Positions 10,417 through 19,219 of a stretch of 64,000 nt of DNA are shown here, one piece after another. Numbering within the stretch: position 1 is the first letter of the stretch; each line of letters opens with the position of its first letter. Under the pieces are notes generated by a model. The model saw nothing but the letters and a program-made list of their open reading frames with translations, searched no databases and was not told the DNA's origin. This DNA comes from a virus (lineage: Duplodnaviria; Caudoviricetes), in IMG/VR virus record IMGVR_UViG_2882837327_000005, positions 39,211 through 103,210 of that record. One strand, given 5' to 3'. The position numbers were made by a program, and so were the translations under genes.

Positions 10417-10449
10417 AGCCCCGGAGCCTCTTCGCTCCGGGGCTTTTTT
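10417..10449 (+). terminator. Intrinsic terminator after hicA
   Basis: AGCCCCGGAGC-ctcttc-GCTCCGGGGCT then T run. Confidence 0.85.
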
Positions 10450-10539
10450 GCATTTTCTGCACATAAGTCGGAGCCACCAGCGGGCCTTGCGCCCCCTGAT
10501 AGCCCGCGACCATGACGGAGACGGAGACCCCGCCCCGCC

Positions 10540-10968
10540 ATGACCGTCAACATTGGCCCCGTTACGATCTACCCGGATGGCACCGCCACCTGGAGCGGGG
10601 CCACGCCCAGCTACATCGGCACCCAGCCGGTGTGGCAGCCGCCGCGATCGCCCGACGCTCCGGTGGAGGGCGACGAGGCCCCCGAGCTCGTGAAGCACCG
10701 TTTCAACGACGGCTACGTCATGCGGTCGCCCAAGGGCCTGAACCACGTGACGATGAACGTGAACCTCAGCTTCTCGAACATCTACGCCGCGGAGAAGGAC
10801 GCCATCCTCGGCTTCCTGCGCGGGCGTGGTGGCTACCAGCCCTTCTGGTGGCAACAGCCCAACGAGCTCATGCGGCGATGGATCTGCGAGCGCTGGGCGG
10901 GCCGGCAGCTGGGCCCTGACCGCTGGCAGGTCACCGCCGCCCTCACCCGTGATTGGAGCCCCAGCTGA
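10540..10968 (+). CDS. Minor tail protein, lambda gpM-like
   Basis: FNDGY...GLN and FL...GG..PFWW patterns; first gene of M-L-K-I-J. Confidence 0.85.
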   Translation: MTVNIGPVTIYPDGTATWSGATPSYIGTQPVWQPPRSPDAPVEGDEAPELVKHRFNDGYVMRSPKGLNHVTMNVNLSFSNIYAAEKDAILGFLRGRGGYQPFWWQQPNELMRRWICERWAGRQLGPDRWQVTAALTRDWSPS

Positions 10969-12248
10969 TGGCTGTCCGTCATCGCCGCGCCCAGGAGCTG
11001 GCCGGCCAGGCCCTCATCGACCTCTACGAGCTGGACATCACCAAGTACGGCGGTGGCGTGCGGCGCTGGACCCCGGGGCCGGTGGGTGGCCCGGGCAGCA
11101 ATGGCATCTGGAATCCCTCGCCGAAGGCCAATGTCACCGGCTGGTCGTATGGTGCGCCGCCCTACAACCCCGCAATCTTCGACACGGCCACGAATGCCTG
11201 GGGCGCCAGCAATCCTGGTTGCGTCCTCGACGAGGGCAACGGCGTCGCCCAGTGGGCGAGCATCCCTGCCGACGAGGAGCGCGGCATCTGGTGGGCGAGC
11301 CCGTTCCAGGTCAATTCGGGCTTCTTCTTCCAGGCCCAGGCGCGCCTGCTCGCTTACCGCTGCCGCGCCTGCGTGTCCGTGGAGTTCTGGAATGGCGCCA
11401 CCCTCCTCACCACCCAGCGCAGCCTCTGGGCTGGCCTGACCGACCTCCCCAATATCGGGCGCGATTTCAAGAATTTCGCCCTGGTGTCAGTCTCGGGCCA
11501 GGTGCCGCCGAACACCACCCACATCATCTACGGGATCGTTACCACGCCCTATTCAGCCGGCTCGGCCGCTACCGACAGCGGTGTGTCCTGGGCGCGGACC
11601 AGCATTACCTTTGGGGCTCAGGCCTTCTCGGCCACCCCCATCGAGTTTGCGCCTGGCGCCAAGGTGGGCAGCGTCAGCTTCGGCGGGCTCGTCTACTCGC
11701 CGCTGCCTCTGCGCCTGGAGGGGATGGAGAAGACCGGGCGCGGCGCCGTGCCGCGCGTCACGGTGGTGATCCCTGACCAGAACGCCCTGATGACCGCCCT
11801 GCTCGTCACCTACAAGGATCTGAAGGGATGCAAGGTCAGCCGCAAGCAGGTGTTCCGCGGCGCGCTGGATGACGGGCCAGACGCCGACCCCACCGACTTC
11901 TATGGGCCCGAGGAATTCTACATCGACCGGGTATCCCGGCACTCGCCCGGCATCGAGGCTGCCCTCGAATGCGTCTCGCCGCTGGACATCCAGGGCCAGC
12001 GCCTGCCCGCGCGCCAGGTGATCCGCGACGTATGCGATTTCGACTACCGGTACTGGAACGGCAGCAGCTTCGAATACGGCTCCTGCCCCTACGCGGGCTC
12101 GGAGATGTTCGACTCTGCTAACCAGCCGACGACCACCGCGGCCCAGGACAAGTGCTCCCGCTCCCTGCTCGGCTGCCGAGCGCGCTACGGCACATCCACC
12201 CCGCTGCCGATGAGCGCCTTCCCCGGGGTGGGTAAGGTGAGGTTCTGA
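10968..12248 (+). CDS. Minor tail protein, lambda gpL-like, with an inserted domain
   Basis: IDLYELD N-term, EEFYIDR, C-terminal Cys cluster (CDFDY, CPY, DKC, GC), FPG end. Confidence 0.9.
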   Translation: MAVRHRRAQELAGQALIDLYELDITKYGGGVRRWTPGPVGGPGSNGIWNPSPKANVTGWSYGAPPYNPAIFDTATNAWGASNPGCVLDEGNGVAQWASIPADEERGIWWASPFQVNSGFFFQAQARLLAYRCRACVSVEFWNGATLLTTQRSLWAGLTDLPNIGRDFKNFALVSVSGQVPPNTTHIIYGIVTTPYSAGSAATDSGVSWARTSITFGAQAFSATPIEFAPGAKVGSVSFGGLVYSPLPLRLEGMEKTGRGAVPRVTVVIPDQNALMTALLVTYKDLKGCKVSRKQVFRGALDDGPDADPTDFYGPEEFYIDRVSRHSPGIEAALECVSPLDIQGQRLPARQVIRDVCDFDYRYWNGSSFEYGSCPYAGSEMFDSANQPTTTAAQDKCSRSLLGCRARYGTSTPLPMSAFPGVGKVRF

Positions 12249-12982
12249 TGTTCTCGGCCGACATCATCGCAGCCATCAAGGCTGACGCCGCCACGCGCTA
12301 CCCGAAGGAGAGCTGCGGCATCGTGACCGCCCGCGGCTATGAGCCGCAGCCCAACCTCAGCGATGAGCCGGAGGCGTTCTTCGTCATGCCGCGCTGCGTC
12401 GCCGCGCGCGCCGCCGCCGGCGAGGTGTTGGCCGTGGTCCATAGCCACAACGAGAACGGCTTCGACCACCCCTCCCGCGCCGATCAAGAACAGTGCCTCG
12501 CCATGGGCATTCCCTGGGGCCTGGTGCTGGTGGTCAATGGCAAGCCGGGTGAGCCCTTCTTCTGGGGCGAGGGTGTGGCGCGCCCGCCGATCATGCCCCG
12601 CGACTTCCGGTGGGGCCCGAGCGGCACGGACGGCTGCGGGGACTGCTTCGCCCTGGTGCGGGACTGGTACGCACTGGAGATGGGCCTCGAGATTCCGGAC
12701 GTGGCGCGCGACCAGGATTGGGAGCTGGACGACAAGATGGCCTATGTCGACGGCTATAAGCGGGCCGGCTTCACCCATGTGGGCGAGGAGCAGATCCAGC
12801 GCGGCGACGGCCTGTTGTTCTCCTTCGGCAGCCCGAAGCGGACCCCCAACCATGCGGGCGTCTACCTGGGCGACGGCACCATCCTTCACCACAAGCGCAA
12901 CTGCCTTGTGCAGCGGGAGAGCCTGGGCTTCCTGCGCGCCTCGCTGGTGGCAGTGCTGCGGCCGCCGGCGGTGCCCGCATGA
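12248..12982 (+). CDS. Tail tip protein, lambda gpK-like (JAB + NlpC/P60)
   Basis: YPKESCG, VVHSH, PSRAD; DCFALVRDWY; NHAGVYLG. Confidence 0.92.
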   Translation: MFSADIIAAIKADAATRYPKESCGIVTARGYEPQPNLSDEPEAFFVMPRCVAARAAAGEVLAVVHSHNENGFDHPSRADQEQCLAMGIPWGLVLVVNGKPGEPFFWGEGVARPPIMPRDFRWGPSGTDGCGDCFALVRDWYALEMGLEIPDVARDQDWELDDKMAYVDGYKRAGFTHVGEEQIQRGDGLLFSFGSPKRTPNHAGVYLGDGTILHHKRNCLVQRESLGFLRASLVAVLRPPAVPA

Positions 12983-13686
12983 ACACCATCCACCTGCACG
13001 GGCCCATGCGGAAGCAGTTCGGCGGTCCCTTCACCCTCGCGGTGCGCACGCCGGCCGAGGCCATCCACGCGCTGAACATGCAGCTTCCGGGCTTCGAGGA
13101 GGCCATCCGCAGCCGCAGCTGGCGCGTCGTGCGCGGCTCCCTGAAGAAGGGCCGATCCCTGCCCAGCGAGCAGCTGGGCGTGAACCTGGGCGGCGAGATG
13201 CACCTCGTGGCGGCAGCTGAGGGCGCGGGCGGGCGCGGCACTGGCAAGATCATCATCGGCGCCCTGCTGCTGGTGACTGCTGCAGTCCTGACCGCAGGCT
13301 TTGGCGGCGCGGCGGGTGGCGCGGCGGCTGGCGCGGGTGAAGCAGCAGGCGCGGGCGCGGCGACCGCTACCCAGAGTGCAACTGCGGCCGCGTTTGGCAC
13401 CGTGACCGGGAGCGGCCTTGGGACCACGCTCAACCTCGGCTCAGTCCTGGGCACATCGCTCTCCGTCTCCGCCGGCAAACTGGCCTTGTTCGGGGCTGCC
13501 ATGCTGTTCGGCGGTATCTCCCAGGCCCTGTCCTCCACGCCTAAGGCTGGGGACACGAAGCGCAGCTTCCTGTTCAACGGCTCGGTGAACCCGGCCGAAC
13601 AGGGCGTGCCGGTGCCGCTGGCATTCGGAAAGCCCCGCACCGGTGGCGTCATCATTGCAGTGGCCATGGAGACGACTGACTTCTGA
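12979..13686 (+). CDS. Tail assembly protein, lambda gpI-like
   Basis: IHLHG...AEAIHAL, Gly/Ala-rich middle, SFLFNG..N..EQGVPVPLAFG. Confidence 0.9.
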   Translation: MNTIHLHGPMRKQFGGPFTLAVRTPAEAIHALNMQLPGFEEAIRSRSWRVVRGSLKKGRSLPSEQLGVNLGGEMHLVAAAEGAGGRGTGKIIIGALLLVTAAVLTAGFGGAAGGAAAGAGEAAGAGAATATQSATAAAFGTVTGSGLGTTLNLGSVLGTSLSVSAGKLALFGAAMLFGGISQALSSTPKAGDTKRSFLFNGSVNPAEQGVPVPLAFGKPRTGGVIIAVAMETTDF

Positions 13687-13726
13687 CCGCTGGACGCCGC
13701 CGGAAACCGGCGACCATGCAGGATGA

Positions 13727-16700
13727 ATGCCAGACGGTTTCTCGTCCCATTCCCCGATTCATGGTGCTGGCGGCCTTGGCGGCGGCGGCTCGTCGGGTGG
13801 CCGCGAGGCCGAGAACACGCTGCGCGCGCGCAATATTCTGCGCGTCCTGTATCTCATCTCCGAGGGCCCGATCGCGGGCTGGCAGACCGACGAGGCGAGG
13901 AAGTCGATCTTCCTCACCGAAAACCAGACCCCGATCATCGCGGCCGACGGCAGCACCAATTTCGAGATGGTGGATGTCCAGTGGCGCCTGGGCGATGCGG
14001 GGGCGTCCTACATTGAGGGGTTCCCAAGTGCTGAGGACACCTTCGCCGGGCCTGGCCGTGTCACCGCCGACAACACCCCGCAGATCCGGACCGTCGATCT
14101 CACCAGCCGCGATAGGCTGAAGGTCGGCATCCAGCTGCCCGCGATGTACCACCAGGACGACAAGGGCAACGTCGATCCAACCTCCGTCAGCCTGCGCATC
14201 GAGTGGCGCCCGAGCAGCGGCGGACCCTGGCAGAGCCTGCAGAGCGACACCATCAGCGGCAAGTGCGTCTCGCCCTATTCGAAAGTCTACTCCTGGGCGA
14301 AGCCCTACAACGGCATCATCGACATCAGGGTCGTGCGGGAAACCCCCGATCCAGCTGACACGAAGACCGGCAACCTGATCGATTGGGTCAGCTACTCGGC
14401 CGTCCTCGACCAGAAGATGCTCTACCCGGGCTGCGCCTATGTCGCGCTGGCCTTCGACGCCGAGAAGTTCAACGGTCAGATCCCGCAGGTCACCTTCGCG
14501 CCGCTCGGGCTCTATTGCGACGTCCCGACCAACTACGACGCGGAGACGCGCACCTACAGCGGGCTGTGGAACGGCACCTTCAAGCAGGCCTGGACCCGCA
14601 ACCCGGCGTGGATCTTCTGGACACTGGCGACGAACCCGCGCTGGGGCGCAGGCCGCGCGCTGGCGGCTGGCCTGGTGAACCCCACCGCCGCCTACCAGGC
14701 CGCGGCGTCGCTGGTCGACCGCTGGACCCTCTACTCGATCGCCCAATACTGCGACGAGACCGTGCCGGACGGCTTCGGCGGCATGGAGCCGCGGTACCAG
14801 ACCGACCTTTGGATCAACAGCGACGACGAGGCCTACCGCGTCCTGCAGTCCATCGCCTCCTCCTTCCGGGCGATGATCTACTGGGGCGGGGGCAAGATCG
14901 TGCCCGTGGCCGACAGGCCCAGCGAGCCGAAGAAGCTCGTCACCCGCTCCAACATCATCGGCGACTTCCTCTACGAGGGTGCCTCGCAGCGGTCGCAGCA
15001 CTCCCTGGTGCGTGTGCGCTGGCGCGATCCCGTCACTGGCTACCGCGAGGCGGTGGAACTGGTGGACGACCCCGAGCTCATGCGGGCGGTCGGCTATCGC
15101 CCCATCGACTACGAGGCCGTGGGCTGCACCAGCCGAAGCCAGGCGCGCCGCATGGGCCGGTGGATCCTGTTCACCGAGAAGTACGAGGACCGTATGGTCC
15201 GGTGGACGGCGTCCCGCGACCACGCGAACGTTGTGCCCGGCGATATCGTCCTCATCCAGGATTCCAAGCTGGCCGGGCTGCAGCTGAGCGGCCGGCTGGC
15301 CTGCACGCCGACCTCGAACTCTCAACTGCAGCTTGATCGTTCGGTCACCTTCGAAGCCGGCAAGACCTACTCCTTCGCCGTGGTCTTGCCCTCGGGCGAC
15401 CTCAGCGCGCTGACGCCCCTCACGAACGGCCCGGGCACCACCGACCTGGTGCTGCTGCAGACGCCACTCGGTCAGGTGCCCATCGCGGAAGCGGTGTGGG
15501 TCATCACCGCCAGCGACCTGGCGCCGGTCCATTACCGGGTGCTGCACGTCAAGGAAGACGCCGAGGAAGGCACCTACGAGATCTCGGCCGCCCGCCACTA
15601 CCCGGGCAAGTACGACATGATCGAGCAGGGCCTCGCACTCGAGGACACCCCCTTCTCGATCGAGCGTGACCCCTATCGCGCCGTCCCGGTGCCGACGAAC
15701 CTCCAGGTTGAGGAATATGTCGGCGGCCAAGCCAACACCGCGCTGCTGCGCGTCATCTTCTCCTGGACCTCGGTGCAGGACACGTGGGTCACGGGCTATG
15801 AGGCCGAGGCCATCCGCGAGGGCGCGCTGCAGGCGGCGCAGCTGGTGGCCGGGGCCACCGTCGAATTCGCGGACCTCCAGCCGGGCAACTACACCTTCCG
15901 GGTGCGCTCGCTCGGCCGACAGGGCGCCACCTCCGCCTGGGCATACATCGATGCGGTCAATGTCGACGGCCGTGCCGACCCGCCGGCGCCGCCCACGGGC
16001 CTGACCGCCGAGGGCGGCATCCGGGCGAACGTCATCCGCTGGAACAGCGCAGCGTCGCGCCACCTGCGCGGCACGCAGGTGTGGGCCAGTTCCAACGCCA
16101 CCTTCTCGGCCGGCGGCCAGGTAGGCGAGGCCCCCTTCGGCAGCTTCATCCACAGCGGCCTGCTCCCGAACCAGACCTGGTTCTACTGGATCCGCTCCGT
16201 CGACACCTTCGGCCAGACCTCGGGGTGGGTGGGGCCGGTCCAGGCCACCACCAGCCTGCTGGTAGCTGCCGACCTGACGCAGGGCATCATCGACACGGCG
16301 GCGTTCGCCGCTGGCATCGCGCCTGTGATGCTGATCGATGACCTCACGGCCAGCGCCGCAAACGACACAGTCGCCTTCAACAAGGCGGACGGCCAGCTAT
16401 ACCGGCGAAACGGGGGCACCTGGGTCAACAGCGTGCCAGCGGTCGCCATCACCGGCTCGCTGAGCAGCGACCAGATCGAGGGCCTCGACGCCGCCAAACT
16501 GGCCGGCGAGATTGGCGAAACGCAGATCTCCGACGGGGCAATCTCCACGCCGAAGCTGGCGGCCGGCGCGGTCACGGCAGCCAACCTCGCCGCCGGATCA
16601 GTCACCACCTCAGCGCTCGCCGTCGGCAGCAGCAACGTCATCTGGAACTCCTGCAGCACGCTCACCATCGATGGCTGGTCGGTCTACGGTGAAAGCGGGC

Positions 16701-17626
16701 TCGTTGCCGCGCTCACCAGCCCGGCCAAACTTTCGTGGCCCGCCTATGACCTGGCGGGTCATGGTGCCGCAGGGACATATATCTCTGGTGCACCGAATGG
16801 CCCGAAGCTGTTCGTGCAGTGGGACCAAGAGATGGCGGTGGCGGCCGATCAGCGGGTCCAAGTCTCCGCCTTGGTCATCACGCATCGAAGCGAAGGGGCC
16901 TCCCTAGAGGTCATGTGGCTCGACATCTCAGGAAATCTCCTCGCGAGCAGCGTCACCAGCGTCCTGGCCAATACGACCTTCGAAGGCCGAAGCCTCGCCA
17001 ACTGGCAGCGCATCGGCGGAATTTTCACTGCTCCCTCTGGCGCAACCGGCGCTCGACTGCGGCTGCGGCTCCATACCGATGGAGGCACCGACCCCTACCT
17101 GTTCTGGACGCAGGCCATGCTGGCCCCGGCGCCGGCAAACGCGACGGAACTCGGAACATGGACCCCGGGAGGGGTAACCGCCATCAGCGGCGGTCAGATC
17201 CTGGCCGCGACGATCCAGGCGGCAGCCCTCGCCGCTGGTAGCGTCACGACCGACAAGCTGGCGGCCAACAGTATCGTTGCCGGCAAAATCGCCGCCGGCG
17301 CCATCAGTGCGACAGAGATCGCGGCGAATGCCATCAACGCCACGCATCTTGCAGCCACGACCCTTATCACCGCTACGGCCCAGATCGGGGACCTGACCGT
17401 CAGCACCCTCAAGGTCGTCGGGGAGGGCGTCACCAGCAACAGCTACACGGAGCAGACGCCCAGCGTCAGCGTCTCCCGAGGAACCCCTTACAACCACACC
17501 CAGATCGCGGATCTGTGGGTGGATGTGGCCGCGGACGGCCGAGTGCTCATTTTCGCCTCGGCCGGAGCCGCCTTCATTGCTGATTCGGGCGGCGGCGGTG
17601 GAGATGGCGGTGGTGGCAGTGAATAA
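13727..17626 (+). CDS. Central tail fibre/host specificity protein, lambda gpJ-like
   Basis: ISEGPI, WNGTFKQAWTRNPAW, YCDETVPDG, GCTSRSQARRMGRW; FN3-like segments. Confidence 0.95.
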   Translation: MPDGFSSHSPIHGAGGLGGGGSSGGREAENTLRARNILRVLYLISEGPIAGWQTDEARKSIFLTENQTPIIAADGSTNFEMVDVQWRLGDAGASYIEGFPSAEDTFAGPGRVTADNTPQIRTVDLTSRDRLKVGIQLPAMYHQDDKGNVDPTSVSLRIEWRPSSGGPWQSLQSDTISGKCVSPYSKVYSWAKPYNGIIDIRVVRETPDPADTKTGNLIDWVSYSAVLDQKMLYPGCAYVALAFDAEKFNGQIPQVTFAPLGLYCDVPTNYDAETRTYSGLWNGTFKQAWTRNPAWIFWTLATNPRWGAGRALAAGLVNPTAAYQAAASLVDRWTLYSIAQYCDETVPDGFGGMEPRYQTDLWINSDDEAYRVLQSIASSFRAMIYWGGGKIVPVADRPSEPKKLVTRSNIIGDFLYEGASQRSQHSLVRVRWRDPVTGYREAVELVDDPELMRAVGYRPIDYEAVGCTSRSQARRMGRWILFTEKYEDRMVRWTASRDHANVVPGDIVLIQDSKLAGLQLSGRLACTPTSNSQLQLDRSVTFEAGKTYSFAVVLPSGDLSALTPLTNGPGTTDLVLLQTPLGQVPIAEAVWVITASDLAPVHYRVLHVKEDAEEGTYEISAARHYPGKYDMIEQGLALEDTPFSIERDPYRAVPVPTNLQVEEYVGGQANTALLRVIFSWTSVQDTWVTGYEAEAIREGALQAAQLVAGATVEFADLQPGNYTFRVRSLGRQGATSAWAYIDAVNVDGRADPPAPPTGLTAEGGIRANVIRWNSAASRHLRGTQVWASSNATFSAGGQVGEAPFGSFIHSGLLPNQTWFYWIRSVDTFGQTSGWVGPVQATTSLLVAADLTQGIIDTAAFAAGIAPVMLIDDLTASAANDTVAFNKADGQLYRRNGGTWVNSVPAVAITGSLSSDQIEGLDAAKLAGEIGETQISDGAISTPKLAAGAVTAANLAAGSVTTSALAVGSSNVIWNSCSTLTIDGWSVYGESGLVAALTSPAKLSWPAYDLAGHGAAGTYISGAPNGPKLFVQWDQEMAVAADQRVQVSALVITHRSEGASLEVMWLDISGNLLASSVTSVLANTTFEGRSLANWQRIGGIFTAPSGATGARLRLRLHTDGGTDPYLFWTQAMLAPAPANATELGTWTPGGVTAISGGQILAATIQAAALAAGSVTTDKLAANSIVAGKIAAGAISATEIAANAINATHLAATTLITATAQIGDLTVSTLKVVGEGVTSNSYTEQTPSVSVSRGTPYNHTQIADLWVDVAADGRVLIFASAGAAFIADSGGGGGDGGGGSE

Positions 17627-17637
17627 GGGGAACCCGA

Positions 17638-17895
17638 GTGGCGATCGACGCTGAATACTATCGCTATTGTGCCGGCATCGCCCTCGTGCGCTGGAACGGC
17701 ACGGGATGGTCCCACGTCAGATGGATCCACGGGGGCTACCTGGGCGGCGGCGGACAGCGGCCAGTGGTGTTCGACAACCCCGGATCTGGAGCGAAGAACT
17801 ACGCGCTGTGGGTAGTGAACGGCCAACTCTCCACGATGAGTTCTGTGACCGTTAACAAGCCGATTCAGCTCGGCACCCAGTTGAATAAGCGGTGA
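17638..17895 (+). CDS. Small tail-tip-associated protein
   Basis: 85 aa directly after J with purine-rich RBS; ends in KR. Confidence 0.5.
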   Translation: MAIDAEYYRYCAGIALVRWNGTGWSHVRWIHGGYLGGGGQRPVVFDNPGSGAKNYALWVVNGQLSTMSSVTVNKPIQLGTQLNKR

Positions 17896-18380
17896 GCCCC
17901 ATGAGCGAGGAATCTGGTTTGGAGATGCTCGGCCCACCGTCGCCCGACGCATTAGCCGCATACCACGTCATCCACGACAGCGGCGTGATCCTCTCGCTCG
18001 GCTGCTCAGCGGCGCACCTGGTGCCGCTGTACATCTCCGGCACGCCGTATGAGCTGCTGCTGATCGACCATGCGACCTTCAACGCGGTGCGCGGGCGGCT
18101 CGAGGCCTTTCATGTGGCGGGAGGCGCGGTGCTGCAGCGTGTGGCGGCCCCGATAGCCTTGAGCGCCAGCTCCATAGCGGCGGACGGGGAGGCCCAGGCC
18201 GTCATCAGCGGAATCCCGGATGGGGCGGAGATCTCTGTCCGCGGGGCGGCTTCGGTGCCTTGGACACCGGTCATCGGCACCGCCGTAACTCTGACGAGCA
18301 CCGAGCCTGGCCAAATGCTCGTCACCGTGCGCCTGCCGCCGCCATATCTCGAATGGAGGGACGTGATCCATGCGGTTTGA
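17892..18380 (+). CDS. Hypothetical tail-associated protein
   Basis: 162 aa, coupled to neighbours. Confidence 0.55.
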   Translation: MSPMSEESGLEMLGPPSPDALAAYHVIHDSGVILSLGCSAAHLVPLYISGTPYELLLIDHATFNAVRGRLEAFHVAGGAVLQRVAAPIALSASSIAADGEAQAVISGIPDGAEISVRGAASVPWTPVIGTAVTLTSTEPGQMLVTVRLPPPYLEWRDVIHAV

Positions 18381-18744
18381 GTTGGGTCGGCCCGCGGCCG
18401 ATCTCCGTGTGGCCGAGGAGGCCAGAATCGACGCCGAGGCACACGCAGCCGCGGAGGCTGTGCGTCCCGCGATCAGTACCCGCATGGATGCGGCCAGGCT
18501 GGAACAGGCTCGAACCGCCGCGCTGTTGGCAGACGACTATGCCTCGACGGTGCCGCTGATCGCCGCGGTGCAGCTTTCGGGCACCCTCGCGCAAAAGGCA
18601 GCAGCGGTGCTGGCCGCCGCCGCGGATACCAACCGGCGTCTCACCATCATCGAAACCGCGCGGCTGGCGGCGAAGGCCCGACTGCGTGCGGCCGTGACCC
18701 CCGCGGAAATGCGCCTGGTGCGCCTCGAGATCTCCGTTGACTGA
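18370..18744 (+). CDS. Putative tail fibre assembly protein
   Basis: 124 aa Ala-rich helical protein with IETARLAAKA C-term. Confidence 0.45.
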   Translation: MRFELGRPAADLRVAEEARIDAEAHAAAEAVRPAISTRMDAARLEQARTAALLADDYASTVPLIAAVQLSGTLAQKAAAVLAAAADTNRRLTIIETARLAAKARLRAAVTPAEMRLVRLEISVD

Positions 18745-18838
18745 TCTTGATCCCGGCCTGACGAGGCGGAAATCGCCTCGGCCACGGTGATCTTCTGGTC
18801 CTAAGGGAGCCACTTGCGGAAATTGTGAGCCGGCGACC

Positions 18839-19219
18839 ATGCCAGAGATGACGCAGCAGGTGCGTCCGGCATGGGGTGCTACAGTGAGCCAGCCCGCAAC
18901 CTACGATCTCGTGTTCGATCCGGAGAGAGGCCTCACCGAAAGCTTCTTCCTTCATGACCAGGAAGGGCGGCCTCTCGATCTCGAGGGCGCTTCGGCGGAG
19001 ATGAGGATTTCCGACCAAGCCGGCATCCCCCTGCTTACCCTGACAGTTGGAGGCGGCCTGACCATCGAGACGGGAAGGTCTCGACTGTCGATCGGCCTGG
19101 GCCCCTCCGCAGCATCTGGATTGCGCCCGGGCATCCAGCGGTACGAATTGAATCTCGCACTGCGGTCTGGCGACCGGCCGCTCCTGGCTGGGCGCCTTCT
19201 GGTTCGGGAGGGGGCATGA
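18839..19219 (+). CDS. Hypothetical virion protein (true start may be GTG 18884)
   Basis: PLDLEGASAEMRI...YEL...G.L.V pattern of small proteins preceding phage spikes. Confidence 0.55.
   Translation: MPEMTQQVRPAWGATVSQPATYDLVFDPERGLTESFFLHDQEGRPLDLEGASAEMRISDQAGIPLLTLTVGGGLTIETGRSRLSIGLGPSAASGLRPGIQRYELNLALRSGDRPLLAGRLLVREGA

Noticed and set aside
13652-16153. Long ORFs antisense to real genes (also 1727-3583, 29503-31713, 33475-35469, 61172-63232)
   Set aside because: Shadow ORFs expected in high-GC DNA; no motifs, and opposite well-supported genes.
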